DNA of 64,000 bases from positions 599,379 through 663,378 of the forward strand of contig RHPI01000560.1 in NCBI GenBank assembly GCA_009103225.1, written 5' to 3'. Position 1 is the first letter of the stretch. Every line of letters starts with the position of its first letter. Positions 13,303 to 25,816 of the stretch are shown here, one piece after another. Source of the stretch: Chlorokybus atmophyticus (Eukaryota; Plantae; Mesostigma and Chlorokybus algae). The notes beneath the pieces were generated by a model. The model saw nothing but the letters and a program-made list of their open reading frames with translations, had not been told where the DNA came from and did not search any database. The position numbers and the translations under genes were made by a program.

Positions 13303-13638
13303 NNNNNNNNNNNNNNNNNNNNNNNNNNNNNNNNNNNNNNNNNNNNNNNNNNNNNNNNNNNNNNNNNNNNNNNNNNNNNNNNNNNNNNNNNNNNNNNNNN
13401 NNNNNNNNNNNNNNNNNNNNNNNNNNNNNNNNNNNNNNNNNNNNNNNNNNNNNNNNNNNNNNNNNNNNNNNNNNNNNNNNNNNNNNNNNNNNNNNNNNNN
13501 NNNNNNNNNNNNNNNNNNNNNNNNNNNNNNNNNNNNNNNNNNNNNNNNNNNNNNNNNNNNNNNNNNNNNNNNNNNNNNNNNNNNNNNNNNNNNNNNNNNN
13601 NNNNNNNNNNNNNNNNNNNNNNNNNNNNNNNNNNNNNN
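13303..13638. other. Assembly gap (336 N) between two head-to-head LTR copies
   Basis: Run of N flanked by ...CACCGTTACA and TGTAACGGTG... Confidence 0.99.
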
Positions 13639-14805
13639 TGTAACGGTGTGCTACCTCCATAGAGGTTCCCCGCCCTTATTTAGGATTAAATAAGGGTCCC
13701 AACGGGATTATACAGCCTATTAAGCCTTATTAGGGCCGTTAACCTAGTGTTAAGGCCCTAATGTAGTGTTACTTAACTATAACACTGATATCGACATGAG
13801 ACATGAGTCTCATGTGGATATCAGCTGCATGGCGGCGCTGCTAACGCAGCGGCCGCCATAGCCAGAGCATCTTTTGCTCTGGCAACTGCCCCGGCAGTGG
13901 CGGCGGCGGCGGCGAGGCTGGTGGTGGTGTTGGGGTAGGGGATTAAAGGGAGGAGGGGCACACCCTCTCTCCTGACATTGGTATCGGAGCACGGGCGGCA
14001 AGGGGCCTGTGGGAGGGGCGGCGGCAGGCGGCAGGCACTGCAGGGGCGGCGGCAGGCACTGCGTCGGCAGGCGGCACTGCGGCGGCAAACTAGCGGTAGT
14101 TAAAAGTTTTGTTTGGTTTAACTGTTGTAGTTAAACGCTGCTGCTGGTGCCTAGCCTAGCCTAGCCTAGCCTATGCATGCCATGCCATGCCATGCCTAAC
14201 TTGTCTGAGTTTAGTTGTTATTGTGTGAAGGGGGGCGGCCATCCAGGCCCCTCCCTGAAGCATTGCATCCAAGCACATAACAAAGTAATCATATATTGTT
14301 TACTATAATCTTTGTGTGCTAACCACCACGTGGATTCGTGGTGGTGAAGGGCTTTTTATCTATTTTTTTGGGTAAATTCCCTTGGGGGCAGTTCGGTGGC
14401 AACATCGACTGTCTCGGTACCGCCAGTCAGTGCGGTGAGGCCGCCAGAATTTTTCTGTGCGGTCGATATCAAACTCACAACTCACAACTTGTCAATATCG
14501 GCCTGTAGGGCTGATTCAACGAGATTTTGGCACTTTGGGTGTCAATTGTGATTGCAAGTTGAGCTGGGTTGTACAAAGTGAAAACATTGAGCAGCCATAG
14601 CTCGTGAGCCGTCGCGTGCATTCGCGTGCGGTTTGTTGCACAGTGATTGTCTAGTTGAGAGGTGTGTGGAGAGCTCTTGTTTGGGCTGAATACTCCACGT
14701 TTACCCCTCCAAACTTGACAGGACAAAATCACTAGTATTCGACGTTTTCATAGTGCACAACTTTCCGTGTTTGTGCACTATTTGAACAGTGTTATCCTTG
14801 GGCAG

Positions 14806-16272
14806 ATGTCTGACCAAGGAGAGGGAGGTGAAAAGTACTTTACCGTCCCTGATTCATCATCCTCATATGAGCCATCCAGTGATGACAAGGTGAGGGACTC
14901 GGACACGAGTGAGAGCTATAAGCTCACTGACAGTGACAAGGAAGAAGAGGCTAAGCAAGATAGCGAAGCTTCCCCCGACCTGTCTACCCACAGTGAGCCA
15001 GCTGTAATGGACACACCGAGTGTCATTGGCGGAGCCATTGAAAAGTATGCGCGCGAGCGCAAGACTTTACTTGACGCCCACCCGCAGCTTCGTCAAGAAG
15101 TGTGGGATGCATGGGCGCAGAAGGTTCGTAATGGCTATGAAACAGATTTTGCCACTCTCCCTCGCACTAGTAAGGAGATGGTGATCCGCATGATTGAGCA
15201 CGAGTTGACGAACAATGTTCCGCCACTCGTGCGTGGTGATCCAAAAGTGGCTGCTCTGATGGCCGTCTACGATAGGCCGCTCCCATACGAAGGGAAGCGG
15301 ATGGCGTTTGAGGCCTTAGCCAACTTGATGGTTGAAACGCAGCAGCGTTGCAAGGATGTGTTCTGGTACTTGGGACCTAACTTGGAAAATAAGTTGGCTG
15401 GCCGAGTGAAGTTGGAGGCACGCCTCGATGCGATGCAATCTGAGTTGATGGCGCTGCGTCAGCAAGTAGCGGGTGCTGCTTCATCAGTTGGCGCATCAGT
15501 GGGGCTGCCGGTTACGGCATTGAACAAACCTGAAAAGTTCAAGCCTAACGGTAGTGTAAGTATCCATGATTGGGTGGTGACTGTCGAACATTACCTGACA
15601 GCGCTAAAGCGCCCGGTGGGTGAGCACGTTGCCGTTGCTGAGTTGCTTATGCCATCTGATGCTCTCGCCGAGTGGGCACGACAAACAGAGCATGGCGCTG
15701 TGAAGACAGTACCAGCACTGTTTCAGTTTCTGATGGAGCGCTATGGTGGCATGGATCCGGCTACTCAGGCTCGTAACAAACTTAGCAAGTTGCGACAGAA
15801 TGGTCGAGCAGCATCAGTGTATCTGCAGGAGTTCCAAGCATTAGTTGGTCGTGCCAATAGCGGCCTGATGCCTATGGACAAAGCTGAGCAGTTCGAGTTG
15901 TACAAGCGTGGCTTGGATGCGCGTGTTCGCGATCAGCTGCAGTACAACACTGCAACGGGGCTTCCTTGGGTTCCTGATGACTTGGCCAAGCTGCAAAAGC
16001 TAAGTGTTTACCTGTACAATGATGACACGGTCGTGCAGGAAAAGTCGAACGTGACAGCTATGGCCAAGCCGCAAGGGGGGGGAATAAAGCGCTATCCTCC
16101 GCCGAGTGTACATGTGGCGAAGAAAGCGAAGACATTCGCTCCTCGAATTGGTGGTACGTCTGCTGGTAATGCACCTACTGCAGCTCGCACCTGTTTCATC
16201 TGCCATCAGCCGGGTCACGTTGCAAAGGCCTGTCCTACGAAGGCGAAGGGCAAAGCCAAGAAGGTTGAATAG
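14806..16272 (+). CDS. gag: Chromovirus Gag with C-terminal CCHC zinc knuckle
   Basis: 'KPEKFKPNG..SIHDWVVTVEHYL', 'ARNKLSKLRQNG..SVYLQEF', 'CFICHQPGHVAKAC'. Confidence 0.9.
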   Translation: MSDQGEGGEKYFTVPDSSSSYEPSSDDKVRDSDTSESYKLTDSDKEEEAKQDSEASPDLSTHSEPAVMDTPSVIGGAIEKYARERKTLLDAHPQLRQEVWDAWAQKVRNGYETDFATLPRTSKEMVIRMIEHELTNNVPPLVRGDPKVAALMAVYDRPLPYEGKRMAFEALANLMVETQQRCKDVFWYLGPNLENKLAGRVKLEARLDAMQSELMALRQQVAGAASSVGASVGLPVTALNKPEKFKPNGSVSIHDWVVTVEHYLTALKRPVGEHVAVAELLMPSDALAEWARQTEHGAVKTVPALFQFLMERYGGMDPATQARNKLSKLRQNGRAASVYLQEFQALVGRANSGLMPMDKAEQFELYKRGLDARVRDQLQYNTATGLPWVPDDLAKLQKLSVYLYNDDTVVQEKSNVTAMAKPQGGGIKRYPPPSVHVAKKAKTFAPRIGGTSAGNAPTAARTCFICHQPGHVAKACPTKAKGKAKKVE

Positions 16273-19200
16273 GATTACGCTGTGGCTGATGTAGCAAAGG
16301 TTGATAGTCAGTTGCTTGAGATACAAGCAGTTAACTGGTTTGATAATCTGTCTCAAATGCATGTAATGACGCATGCATGGCAAACACATCACAAGTTACC
16401 ACTGTTTGATGTTGCAACAGTGGAAGCAAATACTTGTGTACTGGTACATGTGAAATTTAACATGCTTACCGACGTGTTGCACACATTGAGTGAATTGCAA
16501 TGTAAACACAGATCCCTGAGTGTGGTAGCAATGGTGCCAAAATATCATGGCCCATGGTTGAAGTATACTCGAGGGGGTACTGTTTTAAAACAATTCACCA
16601 AGCGCGAGACTGGGACAATTCGATTATCAGCAATATTAATCAACCCCCGCATTAGTCACGGATTCTTGGCTACCTTTCAAGGACGAGTGGTACCTTTGTT
16701 GTGGACATTCAGTGGCACAATGCAAGGTGTGAATAGCTCGTTTTTGATTGACACTGGTGCGACACACAACTTCGTGGACGAGCAATGGGTTGCGCGCAAT
16801 AAAATCATGCGCAAACCCTCAGCATTTTCGGCTGCCGGTGCTGGGGGTACATTGCCAGTGACGGGAGAAGTAAAATTGAAGGTTAAAATTGGTAATTATT
16901 ATGCCAATCTTGCCTTTATAGTAGTAGCAATCAACATATCTGGTGTTGATGTGGTACTAGGCCAAGAATGGCAAAATAATGTCACAATGACATTGGATAC
17001 GGGTGCACGCTTGTGCACAGTAAAGAAAGGCGGTAAGCGGATTACATTGTCTGTGAAAGGGTCGCATAGCTTGGAATTCAAGCAACCCGACCCTGCGTTA
17101 CTCACGGCACTACAGGTGAAACGTGCGTTGCGCAAAAACACACCGGCTTTTCTGGTACATTTGTCTTCATCAGATGACATTGCGCCGGGTAGTACTGAAG
17201 GTGTGGCAGACCTCATTGAGGAATATCAAGATGTGTTCTCAGATGAGTTGCCGGGCTTGCCTCCTGACCGAGGTGTCGGACACACTATACCATTAATTCC
17301 TGATAGTGATCCTCCTTTTCGGCCAATATATAGGCTAAGCCCTAGAGAAAGGGGGGAAATGGAAACACAAATCAAGGAGTTATTGGAAAAAGGATTGATT
17401 GAACCAAGTTCTTCACCCTTTGGCGCACCCATCCTATTTGTGATGAAAAAGAATGGAAAATTGCGCATGTGTGTGGACTATCGTGCTTTAAACAAAATCA
17501 CGGTGAAAAATCGATACCCGTTGCCACGGATTGATGACGTGTTTGATAAACTATCAGGTAATGCATACTTCAGTACATTAGACCTGACAAGTGGATATCA
17601 TCAGATCCGAATTCATTCCGCTGATGTCTATAAGACAGCTTTCAGAACACCTTCGGGCCATTATCAATACAAAGTGCTACCCTTTGGATTGACGAATGCG
17701 CCTGCTGTGTTTTAGAAGGAAATGAATAAAATTTTCGGTAATATACTTGGCAAGTATGTTATGGTTTACTTGGATGACATTATTGTTTTTAGTAAAACTA
17801 AAGAGGAACATAAGCAACACTTAGAAGCGGTGTTTACTTTGTTGCGGAAGCATCATTTATTTGCCAGCCTTGCAAAATGTGACTTTTGCAAATCGGAGTT
17901 ACCATTCTTGGGACATGTTGTGAGTGGTGCGGGTGTAAAGCCTGACCCTCGCAAGGTGCAAGTTGTCAAGAATTGGCCTCAACCCAAAAATATTCATCAA
18001 CTGAGATCATTTTTGGGATTGGCAAATTATTTTCGCAAATTTATGATGGGTTATTCTACAGTTGTAATGCCCTTGACTAAATTGTTGCGAAAGGACGCGC
18101 CATTTTCTTGGACGTCAGACCAAGAAGCTGCTATGCAACAAGTGAAGTTAGCATTAACTTCAGCTCCAGTATTGGCATTGCCAAATTGGGATAAACATTT
18201 CACTGTGGTCAGTGATGCTTCCACCCTTGGGTGTGGTGCAGTACTACTGCAAGACGGCAGACCATGTGCTTATGAAAGTAGGAAGTTTATCCCAGCGGAG
18301 GTAAACTACACTACTACTGAGCAAGAGTTGCTTGGTGTCGTACATGCTCTCGAAACTTGGCGATGTTACTTAGAGGGAGTTCAGTTCACAGTGGTGACTG
18401 ATCACAACCCATTAGTATACTTCTCAACGCAGCTGACCTTGTCACGTAGGCAAGCTCGCTGGAATGAGTTTCTGTCGCGATTTACTTTTGAATGGGTATA
18501 TCGGCCTGGCAGAACTAATGTGGCAGATCCTTTAAGTCGCTGTCCGTCATTATTGGCAGTTATGCGTGCGCAATTGCTTGCGACGCAAGTTACATTGCCC
18601 GCTAATGATGCATTTGTGCAATCTGTTTTGCATGGGTATTCCTTAGACCCATGGTTCTCACGGCAAGAGAATATACAACAGCTTGAAGCACGAGACAACT
18701 TGTATTATATGGGTGCTAGCTTGGTGATACCTGACCATGCTGGGCTACGCATGCAATGCATAGCTGATGTACACGACCCACCGTACGCTGGGCACTTTGG
18801 AAATCGCAAGACTACCAAGGCAGCGCAACAGCTGTACTGGTGGCCATCGTTGCCTGTTGACGTAAAGCGTTATGTTGACACCTGTGACAAATGTCAGCGT
18901 GACAAGCCGTTACGTCAGAAACCCGCTGGGTTGCTGCGACCTTTGCCTGTTCCTGATGGCAAATGGGAAAGTGTGAGTATGGACTTAATTACTGAGCTCC
19001 CTAAGACACAATTAGGCCACACTGCGGTTGCAGTTTTTGTGGACCGATTGACAAAAATGGTTCATATTATCCCTTGTCGCACGGAGATAGGCTCCCGCGA
19101 TTTAGCAATGGTTTTTGTCGCGTCTGTTTTTAAGTTGCACGGCCTGCCGCGCAACTTTGTGTCTGATCGCGATCCGCGATTTGTAGCTCAATTCTGGAAG

Positions 19201-20043
19201 TCGCTATGCAGCTTCTTACGCATTCAGCAGAATATGAGCACAGCTTATCATCCACAAACGGATGGGCAAACAGAACGCGCCAATCAAGTGATTGAAGAAA
19301 CCATTCGGCATTATGTGAGTCCAAATCAGTCTGATTGGGATATTTATCTTCCAATGGCTGAGTTTGCGATCAACAATGCTTGGCAAGAGAGTGTGCAGGA
19401 AACGCCGTTCTTTTTAAATTACGGCGTGCATCCACTGAGTCCTGCGAATTTAAAATTGCCCGCAACCGATATAACTCGCGTACCTGCAGCGCGCGAGATG
19501 GCTTCGGCCATGCAGGATAGGTTAGCGTTGGCAAAGCACTGTCTGCGCGCAGCGCAAGATAGACAAAAAGCCCATGCTGATGCGCATCGTAGGGAGGCCA
19601 GCTACGATGTGGGCTGTTCAGTACTTTTGAGTACCAAAAATATATCCATCAAGGGAGTGGGTACCCGTAAATTTTTCCCTCGTTGGATAGGCCCTTTCAA
19701 AGTGATTGATCGGGTCGGCACTCACGCGTATCGTTTGGATTTACCAATGTCGATACGAATTCACAATGTGTTTCATGTGAGTGTACTGAAACCGTACCGA
19801 TCAGACGGTCGGGTTCAACCTCCTCCACCCCCAGTCGCAGTGGATGGTGACAATACATTTGAGTATGAGGTGGAAGCAATCCTAAGTCACCGTAAGCCTC
19901 GACGCGGACGCGCGCCGTCCTACTTGGTGAAATGGAAAGGGTATGGTGTTGAACACAATACATGGGAGCCCGAAAGGAATCTTACCAACTGCCAAGAGGT
20001 TCTTCGGGGGTACTGGAGTACTGTGTCCACACGCGAACGGTAA
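16273..20043 (+). CDS. pol: Chromovirus Pol (extra N-terminal domain, protease, RT, RNase H, integrase, chromodomain); one internal TAG at 17713-17715
   Basis: LIDTGA protease; '[12 protein letters not shown]', 'VYLDDI' RT; 'DAS..G.GAVL' RNase H; H2C2 and DDE integrase; chromodomain '[31 protein letters not shown]'; PAVF*KEMNK is probably CAG>TAG. Confidence 0.95.
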
Positions 20044-20764
20044 AAGGGTGCTGGCAGACATCTTTACCGCTTCGGCCCTGGTTCTCTCACTGCTTTCGTT
20101 TTGTGACTCGTGATGGGGCTTTGCTAACCCTTCAATGAGGACATTGAAACCTAAGTGGGGGGGAATGTAACGGTGTGCTACCTCCATTGAGGTTCCCCGC
20201 CCTTATTTAGGATTAAATAAGGGTCCTAACGGGATTATACAGCCTATTAAGCCTTATTAGGGCCGTTAACCTAGTGTTAAGGCCCTAATGTAGTGTTACT
20301 TAACTATAACACTGATATCGACATGAGACATGAGTCTCATGTTGATATCAGCTGCATGGCGGCGCTGCTAACGCAGCGGCCGCCATAGCCAGAGCATCTT
20401 TTGCTCTGGCAACTGCCCTGGCAGTGGCGGCGGCGGCGGCGAGGCTGGTGGTGGTGTTGGGGTAGGGGATTAAAGGGAGGAGGGGCACACCCTCTCTCCT
20501 GACAGGTCCAATAACTCCGCATTATGTCGCTGAGCAAAGCATTTCTGCGGTCACCTACTGCCCTGACGTCGAGCAGAATCTCCAGCGGATCCCGACCCTC
20601 ATCAACCTTGATTAGCTCCATCCTGGCATTTACCCTGCTCTTGAGATCTGAATGAGAGGCAAGGTGTTCTATCAGTTGCGGAACAACAGGTTGATTGTCG
20701 TGATAGCTGGGAAGGCTGAACTTGCGTGGCAAAGCGTAGATATGCCGGCTACCGACACCGCTCA

Positions 20765-23700
20765 TGTTGACGAACGACATCCAGTCAGCCTAACTCCCAT
20801 AGACTAAGGCATTGAGTGTTAGAAATGGCTAAGTCCTTGTGCACGTCGCACTTGCAATACGAGGACTGATATCGAGCAGTTGTGAGTCTAGAGCTCGATA
20901 TCGGTACAGACTGCTGGCGGACACTCGAAGACTCCGGACTTGGGAGCATCTGGAAGAGTCTGGCGACAGGCCAGAGCTTCGGTAGAAGTTGCGGAACTTC
21001 GTGGCTACTTAATTGCAAGGAACGTGGCATAGCTTGTTGGAAAGGTCTTGAAGCTGGCTACGTGGAGCAACTTAGAGCACCTCAATAGGACGCTTGTAAA
21101 AGGCGCAGGATCTTCTAGAGTAGAGGTGTGTAGTCTGGCTAAGTATATAAGCTAGCGGACTACACTTGCTTGAATGGAATAGTGATTGCTTTTAGCCCAA
21201 GCCTTGGCGGCTGTTGTGTTGTATGTGTCATGCCCTGCCCTGCTGCATGTGTCCACTAGCTTCCCCACAAAAGGTTAAAGGCCCACTCTACGCGTGAGGA
21301 GTGCGAGTTAGTGGAAGCGTGGTACACTGGTAGCTGACTGGTAGCATAGTCTTGGGTGTTGACTGGCTGGAGAGAGGCGCATTCAACCAAGATGGAGTCT
21401 AGCTACGACAAGGGGCAGATTGCAAAGCTGGACACTGACAACTACAGTACCTAGTGTGTGGAGATGAAGGCCTTGCTGATACACAAGAGGCTATGGAAGC
21501 ATGTGGATCCGAAGGCGACACCACCACCTGTTGAAGAGAGGTCTGTATGGCTCGAGAGCTCGCAACAGGGACTTGCCTTGATTGTGTTAAACTGCAAGTC
21601 GTATCACTTTCCCATGCTATCTGCATGTGAGGATGGTAAACAAGCTTGGGAGAAACTTGAGTCCGTGTTTCAAGCCAAGAACAATGCAAGGAAGCTGTCA
21701 CTGATGAAGCAGCTGAACTCCATCAAGAAGGAAGCTGGTGAGCCTGTCACAAAGTATTTGTCGCGTGCGAGAGAGTTGTGGGCGAACCTTGCTGATGTCG
21801 AGAGCAAGATGGAGGAGGAGGACGTTGTGCTGGCTGTGCTGAACGGGCTACCATCTGAGTATGAGGTTGTCACTCTACTGGAGACATCGTCATCGGTTCT
21901 TACCCTGGACGACGTGCTGCCCAAGCTACTCACCGTAGAGCAGAAGACAACAAAGAAGGACGACCATGCAGATGCTGTGGTTTTCTACAACAAGTATAGA
22001 AGGCCTGAAGGACACGACAAGCAGCTACGGACTGGCAACCGTGACAACAAAACTGGAAGCAGTACTGGTAAACGACATGCCAAGCTGAGATGTCATACCT
22101 GTGGAGTGGTTGGACACATCAGCAGAAATTGTCCCAAGCGTTATCAAGATGGAGGCGCAAGCACCAGCGGCAAAGAGAAGGCGTTTGCATTTGCTGCATC
22201 ATTGGGAAGACACCATGGAAGTTGGGTGATCGACTGTGGATGCGAGAGGCATCTCACGCCACATGTGGAGCTGTTGGAGGACTACACGAAGTTGACTCAT
22301 CCTGTAAAAGTGGAGGGCTTCAATGGTCATGTGCTGGAGGGCATTGGGGTTGGGAGCGTGAAGCTTCATACCCAGGTCGGTGACACTGTTCATAAGGTCT
22401 TGTTGAGGGAGGTGTTGCACGTTCCTGGTGCTGCTGCGAGTCTATTTAATGTAGCGACCGCTGAGCGCGTGGGAGCTGAGGTCATATTCAAGAATGGCCG
22501 CTGTGAAGTGAAGCTGGATGGGGTCGTGTGCATGGAGGGCGCTAAGCATGGAGGGCTCTACCTGGTACAACAACCTTGTCATATGCAAGCCTTGGTGGTG
22601 AAGGAGAAAGAGACTGCGGAGCTCTGGCATCGAAGGTTCGGGCACTTGGGCTACGGCAATCTCACTCGGTTGGTCTCAAAAGACATGGTTGTTGGCATCA
22701 ACCTGAAGAAAGAAGACTTTGAAACCGCATCCGGTGTGCACTGTGAATCATGTGTGTTGGCGAAGCAGCTTCGCGTGCGTTTCCCGTCATCTTCATTGCA
22801 TAGTCAGCATCCTGGCGAGCTTGTGCATATGGATGTTTGCGGGCCTATGCGCGTTGTGGCGAAGGGAGGGGTAAGGTACTTTGCGACATTTCTCGATGAC
22901 TACAGCAAGCTTTCCATCATCTTCCCATTGAAGGTGAAGTCTGAAGTTGCTGGAGCTGTGCGTACGGTCGTGGCATTGCTAGAGACACAAGGTGGCAAGA
23001 AGGTGAAAGCAATGCGGAGTGATCGAGGAGGGGAGTACATCAACAACGAGTTGAAGGAGTACTTCGCCAGCAAAGGCATACGCCACGAGACAACGGCACC
23101 CTACACCCCGCAGCAGAATGGAGCTGCTGAGCGTCTGAACCGGACCCTGATGGAGCGAGTACGAGCCATGCTCAACGACAATCAGCTGGAAGACAGTTTG
23201 TGGAGTGAAGCTGTCCTCACCGCCAACTATATACGCAATCGGTCACCTGTGAGTTCTGAGCAGAAGACACCGTGGGAGCTCTTCTATGGCACTGCACCAG
23301 ATGTGAGTGGCATGCGTGTGTTCGGGTGCATAGCATATGCACTGGTGCCCAAAGCTTTCAGGCACAAGTTGGAGCCAGTTAGCCAGAAAGGCGTTTTTTG
23401 TTGGCTATGAGCCGGGTTCCAAGGCTTACCGGATCCTGCTGGAGAAAGAGCAAAAGGTCATTGTAAGCAGAGATGTGGTGTTCCACGAGGGTTCATCACA
23501 GAGAGAAGCGGGTTTTTACCCCAAAAATGAAGATGAAGCACAGGCGCAGGAGTCTTTTAAGTGTGTGGAGACTGAAAGAGGCGCGGCTGTCATCGACATG
23601 GGTGCGAAGGAGAAGGATTTGGCTGTGGCTAGCAATGAAGAGCGGCATCAGCATCAGTCATCTCGGAGGTACCCTGAGAGGGAGAGAAACGAGCCAGACT

Positions 23701-25816
23701 TCTTCCACAAGGCACTTGCAGCAAAAGTGCATGAGGACAGTGAAGAGCCAAGCACCTACTTAGAGGCATTGCGGGCACCTGATGCAGAGCAATGGCAGCG
23801 AGCTATGGACGAGGAGATTGCGTCACTCCATGCCAACAACACTTGGGTGGTGGAGAAGCTTCCTGCAGGTGCGAAAGCTATCCCTGTTAAATGGGTCTTC
23901 AAGGTGAAGCGTGATGGTCAAGGCAACATCGAGCGATACAAAGCAAGGTTGGTGGCAAAGGGCTTTATGCAGCAAGAGGGAGTGGACTTTATTGAGGTCT
24001 TCGCGCCTGCAAGTAAGCATGTCACCTTTCGGGCATTGTTGGCTATGGTTACTGCGGAGGATCTAGAGATGCATCACCTCGATGTGAAGACTGCATTCCT
24101 CTACGGAGAGCTGGAGGAGGAGATTTACATTGAGCAACCACCTGGCTATGAAGAAGGCATGCGCGGTACGGCCTGCAAGCTGATTAACGCGTTATAAAGG
24201 CTACGACAAGCACCCCGTATGTGGCACATCAAGTTGACTCAAGAGCTTGAATCACAAGGCTTCAAGGCATCTACTGCTGATCCGAGGCTCTTCTTCCATG
24301 ATGAGAAGAAGGTGTGGCTACTCTTGTATGTGGACGACATCATCGTCACTGCCAGGCGGGTGGAGAACCTGCAAGAAACAAAGCTAGCGCTGCAGCAAGC
24401 ATTTTCTGTTCGTGATCTCGGGGAGGCCAAGTGGTTCCTTGGCATGGTGATCGAGAGGGACAGGGCTGCGCGTACAATTAAGATCAGCCAGGAGCAGATG
24501 GTGAAAAGACTTACAGACAAGTTTGGGATGACTGAGGCAAAGACCAAGTCTACACCTCTGGCGGTTGGTACAAGCCTCATCAAGGCAAAGGACGGGGAGG
24601 TACTCAACAAGGCTCAATATCCATACGGTGAGCTTGTAGGCAGCATGCTCTACTTGGCAGTGTGCACACGGCCGGATATTGCACATGCTGTTGGAGTTCT
24701 TGCTCGCTACATGTCTGCATCGCTTGAGCACTGGAAGGGTGCAAAGGCAGTGCTACGCTATGTGGCTGGGAGCGCTACTGTTGGCATCAAGTTTGGTCGC
24801 GGTAATATGGAGTTGATGGGATATTGCGACTCTGACTTTTGCTGGGGACCTTGATAGCCGAAGGTCTACTACGGGCTATGTGTTCATGCTCAACGGAGGA
24901 GTTGTGAGCTGGAACAGCAGGCTACAGCCAACGACGGCGGCATCCACATCTGAGGCGGAGTACATGGCAGCAGCAGCAGCAGTGAAGGAGGCATTGTGGC
25001 TTCGCAAGCTGATGGCAGATCTTGAGCATCCCATGGCATGCATCATGATCAACTGCGATAATCAGAGCGCCATCAAGTTGCTGAAGCACCCCATTGCGTC
25101 TTCACGCACGAAGCACATTGATGTTATGCATCATTTTGTGCGAAACAGAGTCACCAAGAAGGAGATTGCCTTTCAATACTGCAACACTGAAGACATATTC
25201 GCAGACTTTATGACCAAGCCATTGTCACCGGTGAAGTTCAAGGCATGTTGTGTTGGTCTTGGTATTTGTGTCTGAGCAGGAGCTTGAGTCAAGCTGCCTG
25301 CGTGGGAGTGTTGACGGACGACATCCAGTCAGCCTGACTCCAATAGACTAAGGCATTGAGTGTTAGAAATGGCTAAGTCCTTGTGCACGTCGCACTTGCA
25401 ATACGAGGACTGATATCGAGCAGTTGTGAGTCTAGAGCTCGATATCGGTACAGACTGCTGGCGGACACTCGAAGACTCCGGACTTGAGAGCATCTGGAAG
25501 AGTCTGGCGACAGGCCAGAGCTTCGGTAGAAGTTGCAGAACTTCGTGGCTACTTAGTTGCAAGGAACGTGGCATAGCTTGTTGGAAAGGTCTTGAAGCTG
25601 GCTACGTGGAGCAACTTAGAGCACCTCAATAGGACGCTTGTAAAAGGCGCAGGATCTTCTAGAGTAGAGGTGTGTAGTCTGGCTAAGTATATAAGCTAGC
25701 GGACTACACTTGCTTGAATGGAATAGTGATTGCTTTTAGCCCAAGCCTTGGCGGCTGTTGTGTTGTATGTGTCATGCCCTGCCCTGCTGCATGTGTCCAC
25801 TAGCTTCCCCACAAAA
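20765..25816 (+). mobile_element. Ty1/copia LTR retrotransposon, full length with disabling mutations
   Basis: 508-bp LTRs at 20765-21272 and 25309-25816 (at least 6 differences by eye); TSD GCTCA at 20760-20764 and 25817-25821; PBS-like GGTTAAAGGCCCAC; PPT GCGTGGGAG. Confidence 0.97.
21392..25275 (+). pseudogene. Copia gag-pol polyprotein (Gag, CCHC, protease, GAG-pre-integrase, integrase, RT, RNase H) with a stop at 21452 and frameshifts near 23400, 24197 and 24850
   Basis: 'NYST*CVEMKALL', 'CHTCGVVGHISRNC', 'WVIDCGCERH', 'LWHRRFGHL', 'DRGGEY', 'YKARLVAKGF', 'LLYVDDI', 'SRTKHIDV'. Confidence 0.95.

Larger units (their letters stand above)
12511..20504. mobile_element. Composite Ty3/gypsy insertion bounded by one 5-bp TSD (GGTCC at 12506-12510 and 20505-20509)
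   Basis: Begins TGTAAC at 12511, ends CCTGACA at 20504; identical GGTCC on both sides; host ORF continuous once the block is removed. Confidence 0.9.
13639..20504 (+). mobile_element. Near-intact chromovirus (Ty3/gypsy) LTR retrotransposon
   Basis: 339-bp LTRs at 13639-13977 and 20166-20504 (TG..CA, 4 differences seen by eye); PBS TGGTATCGGAGC at 13979-13990; PPT ~20153-20165; gag and pol ORFs. Confidence 0.97.

Noticed and set aside
13281-13660. ORFs 'MEVAHRYXXX'
   Set aside because: Artefacts of translating through the N gap
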